Assembly: GCF_036321535.1 (NCBI RefSeq)
Contig: NC_087436.1
Span: 94,552,001 to 94,616,000 of the forward strand
DNA length: 64,000 bases
From: Camelus dromedarius
Lineage: Eukaryota
Reading direction: 5' to 3'
Part shown: positions 40,136-55,033 of the stretch, in pieces
How positions within the stretch are numbered: the first letter of the stretch is position 1
Layout: every line of letters starts with the position of its first letter
Translations under genes and position numbers: made by a program
The notes under the pieces: generated by a model
What the model was told of the DNA's origin: nothing
Database searches by the model: none
What the model saw: the letters and a program-made list of their open reading frames with translations, nothing else

Positions 40136-43100
40136 CTTAAAAATAAACAGAAAATAAATGTTAGTTATAACAGCAAGAAAAGAGCCTATTTTAAAGTATT
40201 ACCTATAAAAACAATTTGAAACCCCCTCTTCCATAAGCTTATCTGCTCTAGTAAAAATAAGTCTGTGCTTTTCTAGAACTCAGCCAGTTTTAATATTTGA
40301 AACAAAAATAGTAACAAATTTTAACTTCAATGTTTTTAATGACATACCACTTTGAACAAAAGTACATCATCTTGTTGACTTCATAAGAATGTTTAGAGAA
40401 AAATAGCACTTATTTTATATTTGCCAACTTCATGTGTGTTAGGTCCAAAGTGATAGTTCTACTCATCTGTAAATGAACGCTGTGATACGATATCCCCAAG
40501 CTACATGGGTTCTAGTCATATAAACAAAAAATTCATTAAAAGTCATTTAGCCTATAACCTCTCACTTGAATTTCTAGATGCTAAAGTTAACTGAAATACT
40601 ACACCATCAACTAGGATGATGAAAGCTCTAAGGATCTAATAAATTTCCTTTTCTACAAAAATTCCTGAAGCCTAAATGCCTCACTAAATCCTCTAATGCC
40701 TTCCTCAATCTGTTTTTCTGCTTAGTTTACCTCAATGGCAACTACCTACTTTTCAAAATAGATTTTTATATTAAGTTTATCTACATCTATTTATTTTGTA
40801 CTTTACACTTCTCAAAGTAATTTCATATCTATAGTTATCACTTCAATCTCTCAATAATCCTGTCATAATCCATTCTTACAGTAAACGGTGATCACGATTC
40901 AGAAAATCCTCCAGTGGGATTCACATTAATGTGCACAAGTACCTGTTTGCAAATGGGCTCTCCACTTACATTTTGTAACCTATACCAGTATCTTACTGGT
41001 CTATTCACCTAATACAGTGATCTTCCCTTTTCTCAGTTTTTTAAAACATAAATTCTTAATATACAAGTTATGTTTTCATTTTTTGGTTAGGATTCCATGT
41101 TTTTAGCAAGTGGCACATCTACTTTTAGGGGAGAAAGCCTCACAAGATTTCAAGACTAAATTTTTGCTTTTGAACGTACCTTCTTAAACTTGTCTACTGG
41201 ATGACAGTGTAAGAATTAATGTTTTAAGGTTGACTTCCTCCCCCTACTCCCAGAGAAGATACCATTTTCACTTTTTCTGTGTTAAATAGTTTAGTACAAA
41301 ATGTTAAGTACAGAAAAAACATATAACTTAAAACCCAACCTTTAAAGATTTCATATGACTCCTATCTTTTAATAAAATCATGAGATTAAAAAACTTACTT
41401 TATGTATGTTAATTAGTACTGTTTATTTCACAACCGTTTTTTACACTTGGGATTAAATATTTCATATTTTTTCTGAAGATAATTTTACCCCCATATTAAA
41501 TTTAATTGTAACTACACATAATGGGAACTTCTTCTTGTGCCCCCCAAAATCGTTCATTATCGTTCTTGGTATATACAGTAGAGGATGAAATGTACAATTT
41601 TAGTAACAGTAAAATATTCTGTTCAGTATGCACAGGAATGAATAACGTTAAAATGGAAATCAGAGGCATCAGATTTTCACTGACCATTTTAAGAAGCCAA
41701 AAGTGTAACTACAGATGTCTATTTCTCCCCAAAGATTTCTTAGGAAAACAACAAGCATAATCAAATCCAGGAAATCATCAGTGCTTTCAAAGTTCTCTAT
41801 AATACCCGTAATACTCCTTTCCCCCAAAGTAGTAAATAATCCTAAAACGGCAGGATACTACAGGACTACAATTAGACTAAAGTTTGGAGGAGGGTAGTAG
41901 GAGGTAACAAACTAGAAAAGCTGGATTCTAGATTGCCTCCAACTGTCTGGTTAGTAAAATGCTAAGTAAATAATTATTAATTTTTATACCTCTGTCTTTA
42001 TTTCTGTTCTCATTCCCTCCAACTTATAATTCAGAGAAAGATGGGTTCTTTTTTTTTTTACTCTAGAGAAAGAACACTATTTGTATATGAAAAAATTACT
42101 AAATCAGTTCAATACACAATCACCATTATAAATCCCATTATAAAGAAATATTCTGTGCTCTAGAGTAGGGTCTTTATCTACAGATAACCAAAGATAAAAA
42201 GAAAATGGAAAGTTAAAGACAAAGATTTTTCACAGTTTTTTTTTCCATCATGCAACAATGATCATTTATTACATATATACTTAAATTCAAACATTCAGTA
42301 ATTCCACAATCCAAAACTCCAATCCCACTGCCCACACAAACTAATTTAAAAATCTCACTTAAGACTCAAAAACTGTAAGGAAAACATGGAAAATAACGCA
42401 AAATGACACACTGTTAGAAAAGCCTTTGGAGTAAAACGTAAGTTGGTTCCTAATTCTGCCACTTACTTACAGTGTTAATTCAAGTAAGTAACTTACCATC
42501 TAACTCTCAATTTTATTACTGTAAAATGAGAATACACCTTAGAATTAAAGTAAAATTTCCTGAATAGAAGTAGCATATAGTTACCCTCCCTCTAACAAAA
42601 TTAATTACAAAAATCATTCATTTCAAAGGCCTATTTTTATAAGATTTATCTCACAGGTTTGTTTTCAAACTAAGAATGGAAATGTAATTTCTAAAAATAA
42701 ATAAAACAATGTGCTTTCAATTTTAATGACTGCAACAACCAGGGAGACTGAGGCTTTTGGATAAAACTCTGAAGAATTGTTTTCACTGTATTACATTTTT
42801 TGAGGACAGCTGGGAAGTTAGTTGCTTTTCTATATTTTCTTCTCCCAACTCATCTAAACACAACAGTGGGACCTCTTGTAGTCTTGATTTTTCTGATGTT
42901 CCCTTGTGGCTCCAATGCATTTCCAACACATAAAAGAAAAAGAGATGAACAGAAGCTACCACTCCTAGTAAACAATTTTAAAATAAACTATTTTATTAAA
43001 ATATACATAATAAAGTATGCAGAACAGTACACAATGCTGAAGTTAATCTGGAAGTGGTAAATAAATGAACGTCATTGTTAATAAGTAACAGTGCAGAATT

Positions 43101-43364
43101 TAAAGCAATTCTAGTAGAATCTTAAGGCCAAGTCTCTTGGTGAATTGACATCATCATCACAAAATTCTTTCAAATAATTCCTGGGTCTACTATATGCCAG
43201 AAAGCAATCTCAAGTGTCAGTGAAACAATTAAGTGACAAAAATACATCCCTGCCCACTTGGAGCTTACATTCTTGTGGGAAAAACTAAAAATGGAAAGAT
43301 TTTATCATAAAAGCACTAAGAATAAGGTATTGTTGTTTAACCTATTTAAAACTTACTAGCTATG

Positions 43365-43480
43365 GTGGGAGGGTATAGCTCAAGCAGCAGAGTGCATGCT
43401 GAGCATGTACAGGATCCTGGGTTCAATCCCCAGTACCTCCTCTAAAAATAAATGAATAAATAAAAAAATAATAATAAAAC
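43365..43480 (+). mobile_element. tRNA-derived SINE (vic-1-like) inserted into a MIR
   Basis: 17-bp TSD aaaacttactagctatg at 43348-43364 and 43481-43497; MIR core continues to ~43650. Confidence 0.92.
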
Positions 43481-43827
43481 AAAACTTACTAGCTATGTGA
43501 CCTTGGGAAAGTTAACCAACCACTCTACCTCAGTTTCAGCCTCAGTCAACTGGGGATTATAATAGTACCTACCACTTACAGTTCACTGGGGAATTTAAAT
43601 AATACACAACTAATGCCTGGCAAACAGTAAATGCTGAATGTATATTAGCCATTTAACACTGTAATATGTTGACTTTTGATAATGATGTTGGAGCAAAACA
43701 CTTCTACCTAAAGCAAACAGTGTACTTTTTAAAGGGGATGATGTATCAGATTAGCCTCTCCTATTTATTCTGGAAAAGGTTTTCTAAAATACAATTCAAA
43801 TCCAAATTTCAGAGAAGTAAATATAAT

Positions 43828-43962
43828 TTTTTTGGTCTCTTTTTTTTTTAGGGGGGGAGGAGTAACTAGGTTTATTTATTTTTAAAGGAGGTACTGGGAA
43901 TTGAATCCAGGACCTCACGCATGTTAAGCATGCACTAAACCGCTGAGCTATACCCTCCTCCC
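43828..43962 (-). mobile_element. tRNA-derived SINE (vic-1-like)
   Basis: Minus strand GGGTATAGCTCAGCGG...GGATTCAATTCCCAG; flanks share aatataatt. Confidence 0.9.
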
Positions 43963-46399
43963 AAGCAATATAATTCCAAATGACCCCCTGAAGTTATAGA
44001 TAATTCTCATATGCTATAAAGAAACTATTAATTCGTTTCCTAGTCAAATCACAACTACCAAAATTTAGGGACAATGCTTATCATTATCAAGTAAATAAAT
44101 GTGAAATTCAGTTCTTCCTAATCTGTTGCAAATTAGGCTTAAAAGGTTTAACAGTTTGCCGTTATTTTGTCATAATTTAATATAAATGACTTATTTTTTC
44201 CCTACTATTCTAAGGTTCAAGAAATAAGAAAGATTTCTATGTTCTAAGCAGTTTGAAAAAAAAAAATTTAAAGCTTAGGGCATGTCACCCTGCCAAAGCA
44301 GGGTTAACATGGAAACTAAGAGACTAGAAGAAAAATGAGAAACTGAGGCCATGGGGACATACTTATGGCCTTACATCAGAGAAAAATCCTCTCAAGCTTC
44401 TGACAGCCATTTTGAAATAAGCCTAGAGTATTTAGTTCTTAGCAAGGCCTGCCCTCAAGAGAAACTATTTCACCAGAGCCAAACACCAGTTGGGGTTTTA
44501 ACAAATCTACCCAACCAAAAAGAGGGGTAATACCCAACTCCAGCCTTCCAGTCTCACATAAGGGGGAAGGATGTTGAGAAGCACTTTTAAAGGTCCTAGT
44601 TTAGGAGCACTGGCTCACTAAAAGACTGAGACCCAAATATAGGACTATAGAACACTTCCCCCTCCCCCTAAACCTTACCACCACACCCAGAGGACTCCTA
44701 TATAATAAATAACAGGAGATTATAACTCAAAGAACTACATGTCTCAGACCTTATTTAAGATGACATCTGTAAGGAACCCCAAAGACAACAGGGGGACAAA
44801 AGTAAGGACTTCTGAGGACATTTTAGTCTGACACTTACAGCTACTGTAATCAGTAAACACAGTCTAATCCCTAGGCAGTCAAATATAAAATTTCACACTA
44901 AAGGCCTATTTACCTCTGTTCCTTTTATCTAGTACATGATGTCTGGGTTTTAAGAAAAATATTACAAGGTATACTAAAAGACAAAGAGGTAGAGCAAGCA
45001 TCAGAACCAGACCCAACAGAAATGGTAGAATTAGACTGAAAATTTTAAACTATGACTCATATACTAAGTGCTCTAACAGAAAGAGTAGACAACATCCCAA
45101 ACAGATGAGTAATGCAAGCAGAGGTGGAAACTCAGAGAAAGAATCAAAAGGAAATGCTAGAAATCAAAAACACTGTAACAGAAATAAATGCTTTTGATGG
45201 GCTCATTAGTAGATAAACAGGGACAAGGAAAAAAATCAGTGAGCAAGAAGAAATGTCAACAGAAACTTTCAAAACTGAAATGCAAAGGAAAAATGAATGA
45301 AAAAGAACAGAGTAACATATAATTAATGTAACATATAAGTATTGGGTATACCAGATGAAGAAGAAAAGAAATATCTGGAGCAATAATGACTAACAATTTC
45401 CCTAAATTAATGATACCAAATCACAGACCCAGGAAGCTCAGAGTTCAAACGAGGATAAATACCTCCAAAATTTATTCCTAAGCATACTATATTCAAACTG
45501 AAAATCAAAACAAAGAAAAAGTCTTGAAAGGAGCCAGAGTTAAAAAAAAATACCTTTCCTATAGAGGAGCACAGATAAGAATTACATCAGATTTCTCTTC
45601 AGAATTCATAGAAGCAAGAGGAGAATGAAGAAATATATTTAGTTTTGGAAGAAAAAAGCCCCACCAACCTAGAATTCTACATCCAATGAAATTATCCCTC
45701 AGAAATTAAGAACAAAGACCTCTTAGACAAACAAAAATTGAGGCAATCTGTTGTCAGCAGACCTGTCTTGCAAGAAGTGTTTAAAGAAATTTTTCAGAAA
45801 GAAGAATAATGATATAGATCAGAAACTTAGAATATATACAAAGAAGGTAAGAGCAATAGAGAAGGAATAAATGAAGGCAAAATAAAATATTTAATTTTTC
45901 TTATTCTTAATCTATAGATAACTGTACATTAAAAATAACAACAACAAAGTATTCAGTGATTACAACTTATGGATCAGTGACATGAATGACAGATGTTATA
46001 AAGGATGGGAAGGAGGAAATGTGAATTGTTTTAAAGTACTTGCACTACATATGAAGTAAAAGTGTTATTTGAAAGAGCATTTTTAAGTAAGTGTACATGT
46101 CAAATTAAAGGGTAACTACTAAGAAAAAATTTTTTAAAGCACAATTAATATGCTAAGAGAAAAAAAAGTCATATAAGATGATCAATTATAACAGGTAAGG
46201 CAGAAAAGAGTGGAAGACAAAAAAGACAAAGAATGAACAAGGGCAATAATAGAAAACCAATAAAAAATATGGTAGGCATTAATTCAACTGTACCAATAAT
46301 AATTTTAAAGGTTAATGATCTAAATATAACTACCAAAATATTCTGCTAAAGTGGATAAAAAAGATTCAACTATATATTATCTATAAAAAACCTACTTTT

Positions 46400-46776
46400 A
46401 AGTGAGACAGAGAAAGGCAAACATTATATGATGTCACTTAAAAGATACAAATTTTATTTACAAACCAGAAACAGACTCACAGACATAGAAAACAAACTGC
46501 GGTTACCGGGGGGAAGATGGGGGAGGAAAAGATTAGGAGTTTGGGATTAACAGATACAAATTACTATACATAAAATAGATAAACAAGGACCTACTGTATA
46601 GCACAGGGAACTATATTCAATCTTTTATAATGAGCAGTAATGGAAAAGAATCTAAATATATATATAAATGTATATATATGTATGTATATATATAACTGAA
46701 TCACTTTGCTGTGCACATGAAATTAACATTGCAAATCAACTACACTTCAATAAAGAGTAAGAATTAAAAAAAGTTT
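46400..46776 (+). mobile_element. Younger L1 3' end nested in the large L1
   Basis: agactcacagacatagaaaacaaac...ctgtatagcacagggaactatattcaa...caataaa; host endonuclease text resumes afterwards. Confidence 0.82.
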
Positions 46777-46821
46777 AAATCCACTTCAAATATAAAGACA
46801 GATACATTAACAGTAAAAGGA

Positions 46822-47945
46822 CAGAAAAACAATAAAACTCTAAGAAGAAAATACAAAAAAAGCTTCGTGACACTGTATTTGGCAATGATTTCTTGAATAT
46901 GACACCAAAAACACAGGCAACAAGTGTAAAAACAAAATGGACTATATAAAAACGAAAAACTTCTTTGTATCAAAGGACACAATCAACAGAATGAAAAGGC
47001 AACCTACGGAATGGTAGAAAATATTTGCAAATCATATAAATGACAAGTGGTGAATATCCAAAATATATAAAGAGCTCTTAAATTCAACAACAAAAAAACA
47101 AAAAATATTTGCAAATCATATAAATGACAAGTGGTGAATATCCAAAATATATAAAGAGCTCTTAAATTCAACAACAAAAAAACAAACAACCCAACTAAAA
47201 ATGGACAAAGTATTTGAATAGACATTTCTCCACAAGATATATAATGGTCATCAAACACATAAAAAGATGCTCAATATCACTACATAGCTATCATTAGGAA
47301 AATACAAATCCAAACCACAATGAGATACCACCTCACATCCACTGAGATGGCCACTATCAAAAAAAATGGAAATAACAAGTACTGGCAAGAATGTAAAGAA
47401 ATGGGAACCCTGTGCACTGCTGGTGGGAATATGAGATGGTGCAGCCACAGGGGAAAACAGAATTACCATATGATCCTGCAGTTCTTCTGGTTACATACTC
47501 AAAAAAGAACCAAAACAGGGTCTCAAAATAATTTGTACACTCACATTCACGATAGCATAATTCAAAACAGCCAAAAGGTGGAAACAACTCTGGTATCCGC
47601 TGGCAGGTGAATAAACAAAACATGGTATACATACATGGAATATTATTCAGCCTTTAAAAGGAAGGAAATCTGACACATGCTACAACATGGATGAACATTG
47701 AGGACATTATGCCTAGTGAAATATGTCAGTTACAAAAAGATAAATACTGTATGATTCTAGTTATAGAGTCAGAAAGTAAAATGGCAGTTGCCAGGGCTGC
47801 AGGTTAAGGGGAATAGGGAGTTACTGTTTATTGGGTACAGAGTTTCAGTTTTGCAAGATGAAAATATTCTGGAGACTGGATGCATGACAATATGAATGGT
47901 TAAAAGACATTAACTTTTATATGTATTTTATCACAATTTTGAAAA
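46822..47945 (+). mobile_element. Second L1 (L1MB-like) 3' fragment nested in the large L1
   Basis: TSD aacagtaaaagga (46809-46821) / aacagtaaaggga (47946-47958). Confidence 0.82.
47018..47185. repeat. Perfect 84-bp tandem duplication
   Basis: 47018-47101 is identical to 47102-47185. Confidence 0.95.
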
Positions 47946-50900
47946 AACAGTAAAGGGATGGAGAAAAGTATACTATGTTAACACTTATCCAAAGAAAGCT
48001 GTAGTCATTTTAATTTCAGACAAAGCACATTTCAAAGCAAGGAAAATTATCAGGGATAAAAAGGGACATGACATAATGATAAAGAGGTCAATTATCCAAG
48101 AAGACATTAAAAATATTTAGTGTATGAGCATAACAACGGAGTTTCAAAATACATGAGACAAAAGCAACAGAATTATACAAGGAGAAATAGATGAGCTCAC
48201 TATTATAGCCAAAGACTTCTAAGATTCCTCTGCCAGTACTCAACAGATCCAGCAGGCAGAAAATCAGTAAGAGCATAGTTGAACTAATCAGCACCAACAA
48301 TCAAAATGGATCTAATCTAATTGATTATCTACAGACTACTTCATCCAACAACAGCAAAATACACATTGTTCTCAAGATCACACAGAATATTTACTAGACA
48401 GACCACATTTGGGGCCATAAAACACACATTACAAATTCAAAAGAACAGAAATCATACCAAGTATGCTTTCAAACCACAATGGAATTAACCTAGAAATCAA
48501 TGACAGAAAGATAGCTGGAAAACCTCAAAACACTAAATAACACAAGTTTAAATAACACATAGGTGAAAGAAGACATATTAAGAGAAATTTTTATGTATTT
48601 TGAACTTTGAAAACAAAAATACTACTTAATAAAATCTGCAGTAGTGTTTAGAGCAAAATTTACACTGAATGCATATATAAGAAAAATAAAAATCATGAAA
48701 CTAGACAAAGAAAAAATTAAATATAAAGAAAGCAAAAGAAAAAGTAATTTAAAAATTAGAGCAGAAATCAATGAAACTGAAAACAGAAAATAAACAAAGG
48801 AAAATCAACCAAACCAAACCAAACACTGGTTTTCTGAATCAATCAAGTAAACTGAAAGGCCTCTAGACAGGTTAACTAAGGAAAAAGAGAGACAAGACAC
48901 AAATTATTAAGTATCAGAAATGAAAAGTACCATCTCTATTAACCTCACAGACATTAAAAGGATAAAGGAGTACTACCAACGACTTATGCTCACAAATTTG
49001 ATACCTAGACGAAGTAGATTGATTCCTTGAAAGACACAACCCGCCAAAACTCACACAAAGACAAACAATCTGAATAGGACTGTATCTATCAGGGAAGTTG
49101 AATTAATAGTTAATAACTTTCCAAAACAAAAAGCACTGGCCCCAGATGGTGTCAATGGTGAATTCTACCAAATATTTAAGAAAGAAATTCTCTACAATCT
49201 CTTTCAAAGAATAGTGGCAAACGGAACACTCCTTAATTCATTCTATGAGGCCAGCATTATCCTAATACTAAAAGGAAACAAACAAAGACAAAAGGAAAAC
49301 TACAGACCAGTATCTCTCATGGACAAGGATGTAAAAATCCTCAACAAAATATTAGCCAACTGATTCCAACAATGTATAAAAAGAATTACATACCATGAGC
49401 AAGTGGGATTTAATCCGAGGTATATAATGCTGGTTCAACATTCGAAAAATCAGTTAATGCAACCCAGCCCATCAACAGACTAAAAAGAAAAACCACATGA
49501 TCATAACAATAGATGCAGGAAAACCATCTGACAAAATCCAACATTCACAATAAAAACTCTGTAAATTATTCCTAGAACAGAGTGGAACTTTCTCAATTTG
49601 ATAAAGAATATCTACAAAAAACCTACAGCTAACATCATACTTAAATGATGGGAAACAATGCTTTCCCACTAAGATTAGGTACAAGGCAAGGATATCCCCT
49701 CTTACTATCCCTTTTCAACATCGTATCTGAAGTTCTAGGCAATGCAATAAAACAAAGAAATAAAAGGTATACATATTGGGAAGGAAAAAATAAAACTGTC
49801 TTTGTTTGCAGATGAAATGATCATCTATGTAGAAAATCTGAAAGAACTAACAAAGCAATTCCTGAAACTAGTAAGTGATAATATTATAATAGCAAGGTTG
49901 CGGGACACAAGGCTAACTTACAAAAGCCAACTGCTGTCCCACATACCAGGAGTGAACAAGCAGAATTTGAAATTAAAAACACAATACCACTTACATTAAC
50001 ACCCCCCAAAAATGAAATATTTAGGTGTAACTCTAACAAAATATGTACAAGAACATATGAGGAAAACTATAAAACTTTGACAAATAACATCAAAGAACCA
50101 AAAAATGGACTGACACAACCCAACTTCAAGACTTAACTATAAAGCTACAGACCATCAAGACAATGTAGTATTGGCCAAAGAAGTAATACAATGGAGCAAA
50201 GACAGTCTTTTTCAACAATACTGCTGAAACAATTAGATAAACACATGAAAAAAAAAAAAAAAAAAGAAGAAAAAGAAATCTAGACAGACTTTACAAGCTT
50301 CACAAAAACTAACTCAAAATGGATCACAAACATAAATGTAAAATATAGAAGTATAAAACTCCTAGAAGGTTACATAGAGGAAAACCTAGATAACCATGGG
50401 TATAACTATGTTTTTTTAGATATAATACCAAAGGCACGATTCATGAAAGAAATAACTGATAAGCAGGGCTTCATTAGAACAAAAAACTTATCTGCAAAAG
50501 ACAATATCAAGAGAATGAAGACAAGCTAGGAGAATGTATCTGCAAAAGAAATATCTGACAAAGGACTGTTACCTAAAATACACAAAGAACACTTAAAACT
50601 CAACGGTTAACAAAACAAAAATCCAGTAGGGACAAAGACCTTAACAGACACCTCACCAAAGAAGATACACATATGGCAAATAAGCATATGAAAAATGCTC
50701 CACATTAAGTCACGGGGAAATGTAAATTAAAATGAGATACCACTCACATTGATTAGAAAGGCCCAAAGCCAGCACACTGACAACAGCAAATGCTGGCAAG
50801 GATGTGGAGCAACAGGGTATCTCATTTATTCCTCGTGGGAATACAAAATTACACAGCCACCATGAATCCAGTTGGTGGTTTCTTACAAAACCATACACAG

Positions 50901-53900
50901 ACGTTTATAGCAGCTTTATTCACGACTGCCAGAACTTGGAAGCAACCAAGATGTCCTTCAGCAGCTGAACGGACAAATAAATTGTGTTACATCCAGATAA
51001 TGGAATATTATACAGCAATAATAAATAGCTATCAAGCCAAGAAGAGATATGGAGAAAATTTAAATGTGTATTACTAAGTGAAAGAAGCCACTTGAAAAGG
51101 CTATATACTGTACAATTCCAACTCTATAACATTCTGGAAAAGCAAAACTATGGAAAACAGTAAAACGATCAGTGGTTGCCAGGGATTTGAGGATGGGAGG
51201 GATGTATGGGCAGAGCACAAAGGATTTTTAGGGCAGTAAAAATACTCTGTATAATCCCATAATGATGAATACATGTCATTATACATTTGTCCAAACTCAG
51301 AATAAACAACACCAAGAGTGAACATAGGTAAACTAAGGTTCTAGGGACTGTGAGTGATTACGAATGTTATCAGTGTAGATTCATCAATTGTAACAAATGT
51401 ACATATATGTTGGTGGGGGATATTAATAATGGGGGAGGCTATGCATGTGCAGGGGCAGGAGGTACAAGGGAAATCTCTTTGCCTTCCTGTCAATTTTGCT
51501 GTAAACGTAAACAGTCTTCAAGTTTAAAAAATTAAATGAGCACTAAATAAACATTCAGAAGTATTGATGATATATAAAGAAAAAACAGAACATGATATTT
51601 ATACTATGAATACCGACTACACAAAGTAAATTTGCAGAATGAAAGCTAAAAAGAACATTGTAAAAATGAAAAGAGTCTGCGTGTTTTTGAGCTAATTGGA
51701 GAAATCTGAATATGGACTCTATCACATGAGTTTTGGTTAATTTCTGTTAGATGTAATAATGGTACTTTTGTCTAATAAAATACTTTTTAAGATATTCATA
51801 CATACTGAGAGTATCAAAGACATTTATATATGAGGCTAAAGAGACAAGATAACTCAGATACACTTTAAAAATTCCTGAATAAAGAAAATACAAGATGAAA
51901 ATCATCCTTGAGTCACTAAAATATTTCCAAGATCTGGAGGATCTGAAATTATTTGTCAATTACCATATCTGTAGACACAACAGAAGCTTGAAATAAAAAG
52001 TTTTTGAGATAAGATTATTTGAATATTAACTGTTAAATGTTATTAACATATATTTAAACAACCAAAAGTTTAATTATTTCCTGGAAATAATAGCATTCTG
52101 TTAAAGTTACCTTGTAAGTTATGTTTTTAAATAAAGAGTTTATGCAAATAAAAATGGAGATAAACATAAAATGGAAGCACAAAGTTACCAGTTGCAACAA
52201 TAAATTTACATGTCAGTGAACTCTTCAAATGCGTCACTAAATATATTAAAAAACAAAATCCAGCAATCATTCCCTACAATAAGGAATACATAAGTCTAAA
52301 AGACAAAAATGGATAAAGACTCAACAACTCTGGGGAGAACACAAAGAACTGATCTATCTTCTAAAAAGCGTTGAGAAACAACAAGCACATCAAAAAATAC
52401 CATAATATCTGTTTAGCTAAGATTAAAAAAAAAAAGCAGAAATTTTAAAAGTAAATAAATATAATTTTAATCATAGACCTCAACATTTCCTTGCAGGTAC
52501 ACTAAGACAATTTTAAAAGGAAAAATAAAGGGGAAAAAAAAGACAACTCATCAAATACATACATCTCCACAAAATACCTGAGTATTTCCTAAGGGAAAAA
52601 AAAAATTAATTTGGTAAATAAAACTGGCAATATATTCAACCTATCCATACCACTGGGTAATTTTTTTAGAAGGGAAGTCAGTACATGGCCATTTAAAAAC
52701 ACTCAAGCAAAATGTTCAGAAATATCATAATAAAACATTACAAAATAAAAAATAAAAATTTATTTTGATATGTATTTTAAAGTTTTATTAATCAAAGCTA
52801 GTGGCAGTCTCTTGTCAAAACCTAAAGGATTATAAAACTCTCTTACATACAAACGAGTCAGGTGTCAAAAGGCTGTTCTTAGATCTCTTTGTTCACAAGT
52901 CCTGTGATACTACACAAGCTTTCCCTTACATCATCTATCGTCACACAGAGCTAAAATATTTCTAGTGTGTCTGTACTCTTGTTTGTATTTATGAAAGTTC
53001 ACAAACTCAAAGTTCTATGTTTTCTAGATATCTAAATGCACAAAAAAGTAGTTAAAGGTTCTCTTCGGAAGAAAGGATTAGGATTAAGGAAAGTAAGGAA
53101 AAGGTGGATGGGTATCAGAAACTTTCATTCTTTATATTTCTATAAATCAAAAATTTTAACAATGAGATCCTATATCCTTAAGTAATTTAAAACAACTTTT
53201 TTTTTAATCTTCCAAATTCTTTTATCACCTAAGAATGTTTGAGATGGAATTTAAAAGGATTCAAAGTACTAACAGCAAAAAGGAAAAAAAGAAAGAGTAA
53301 AACTGAAGGACTGAACCAAACAAAAGGAAAAAAAACAATGGAACCAATGACTCACTGATATATAGAACTGAAAAGTCATGGGCTCAATTGATAAAATAGA
53401 AAATACATAAATTAAAAGCAAGAAAAAGAAAGGAAACTAAAAAATGAGATGAAACGCATTGTGTTTACTATACATTAAAAACAGATAATAAATCAAATGT
53501 AATATATTAAATAAGAGATTTTAAAAAAATACCTAAACTGACAAAAATTTAACAACTCTCTAAAAGGCCTCCTGGTTATCAAACTTGTATCCCACTTTAC
53601 AAAGAAGGATCCCATAGTGTTTCAAAACAATGAAAGGGATAGAATGATTACAAACACATTTTATAGAACAAATAATGTCTCTGAACCCCAAAACGTAACC
53701 AGTACATTTCTGAATACAGGTTAGTCTCACTAAAAAGATACGCAATTCTAAACAAAATCTTGATTAACATACCATAACAAATATAAAGTAGTATTCACTA
53801 TGACCAAAAAGGTTTTAGTCCAAGAATTCAAGAATTCCATGAATACTTTTATCAAAAAGATGCTAGAAATGCCTTAATTTGATATAGATCTTAATTTGAC

Positions 53901-54104
53901 AAAAAAAAAACCTAAGTTGAAAGAAAATTGTGTTTTTCTTAAAAAAAGGAAAAGACAATATTCACCATCATTGCCACCACTTACAGTAATCCTTCCACCT
54001 AAACACAAACTTTTATAAAACCCAACATGGACAAATCCGTAAGTATTATTTTAAACACAAGATTTTCAAACAACAGATACCAATCTCAAATTACTTTCAA
54101 AGCT

Positions 54105-54207
54105 GTGTCTTGAAGTCCTCAGCCTCCAAAGCAGTGAGAAAATTAATTTCTGATGTTCATGTGACACAGTCTATGGTATTTTGTTATGGCAGCATGTGCT
54201 AAGACAG
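54105..54207 (+). mobile_element. MLT1-like (ERVL-MaLR) LTR 3' fragment
   Basis: gcctccaaagcagtgagaaaattaatttctg...agtctatggtattttgttatggcagc...taagaca. Confidence 0.7.
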
Positions 54208-54209
54208 CC

Positions 54210-55033
54210 AAGCACTGATTAAAAAGAAATGAAAGGGGAAAATCATTTGTTGCCACTGGAAGTGACTATTATACAAAATCTTTACTCAATAATAAGTAAT
54301 TTTCATCCTAGTTAATGATGGAAAGCTCTTCTTTCCAGAAGAATTCTAGCCAAGTAAACATAAAGTTGACAATTAGGAAAATCAATGGATGACGGTCCTT
54401 ATCAGTTGAAAGGATGTTAAAGAGTAAGATATTTGCGAAGGACCAGAGTATTCAGCTTCACAGTTTACTTGCTAATTGCAAAAGGAATAAACCATACCTT
54501 TACAAAAGATCTTGTGGCTCCCACATTAATCAAGTGATTATACAACCGACCTAACATCACTAACAGTGAAAACACTTGACGTTACACATCTATTAATATG
54601 ATTCAATATGAAGTACATAATACTACTCTTGGAGTCTTCTTGCCAAAAATATTCAAACTGAATCCAGTCAAACCATTATACCTAAATTCCAGTTTACAAG
54701 AAATACAAGTTAAGGCATCATCATAAGGAAATAAGGGAGTATGTGCAGAAGAACCATCATAAATTTTAAAAGACGTTTTTAAAAGTAGCTGGAGAAATAT
54801 GAATATTAGATACCAAAGAATTAACAATTTTCTTAGGTAGACTAATGATATTGTGGTTATGTTAAAGAATGTTATTAAGAGGAGACACATGCTTAGATTT
54901 TGGTAGTGAATTATCTTCATAACAGCATCATTAACAATTGCTGAATCTAGGTAGTGATGATACAAGTATACTACTCTTTCAACTTTTCCAATTGAAAATT
55001 TTCTGAATAAAAAGTTAAATAAAATTAAAAAAA
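54210..55033 (+). mobile_element. Old L1 (L1MC4/ME-like) 3'UTR remnant
   Basis: ttaacaattgctgaatctaggt...ctctttcaacttttcc...ttgaaaattttctgaataaaaagtt. Confidence 0.65.

Larger units (their letters stand above)
44260..51535 (+). mobile_element. Large decayed L1 (L1MC-type 3' end) with 5' region, ORF1 and ORF2 remnants, antisense to UBE2K
   Basis: ORF1-like 45000-45900, ORF2 motifs (tttgcagatgaaatgatc = FADxM), L1MC1-like 3'UTR 51100-51535; no intact ORF. Confidence 0.88.

Noticed and set aside
49802..49999. ORF with FADEM motif as a reverse transcriptase gene
   Set aside because: Remnant of L1 ORF2 (FADD mutated), surrounded by stops and frameshifts.
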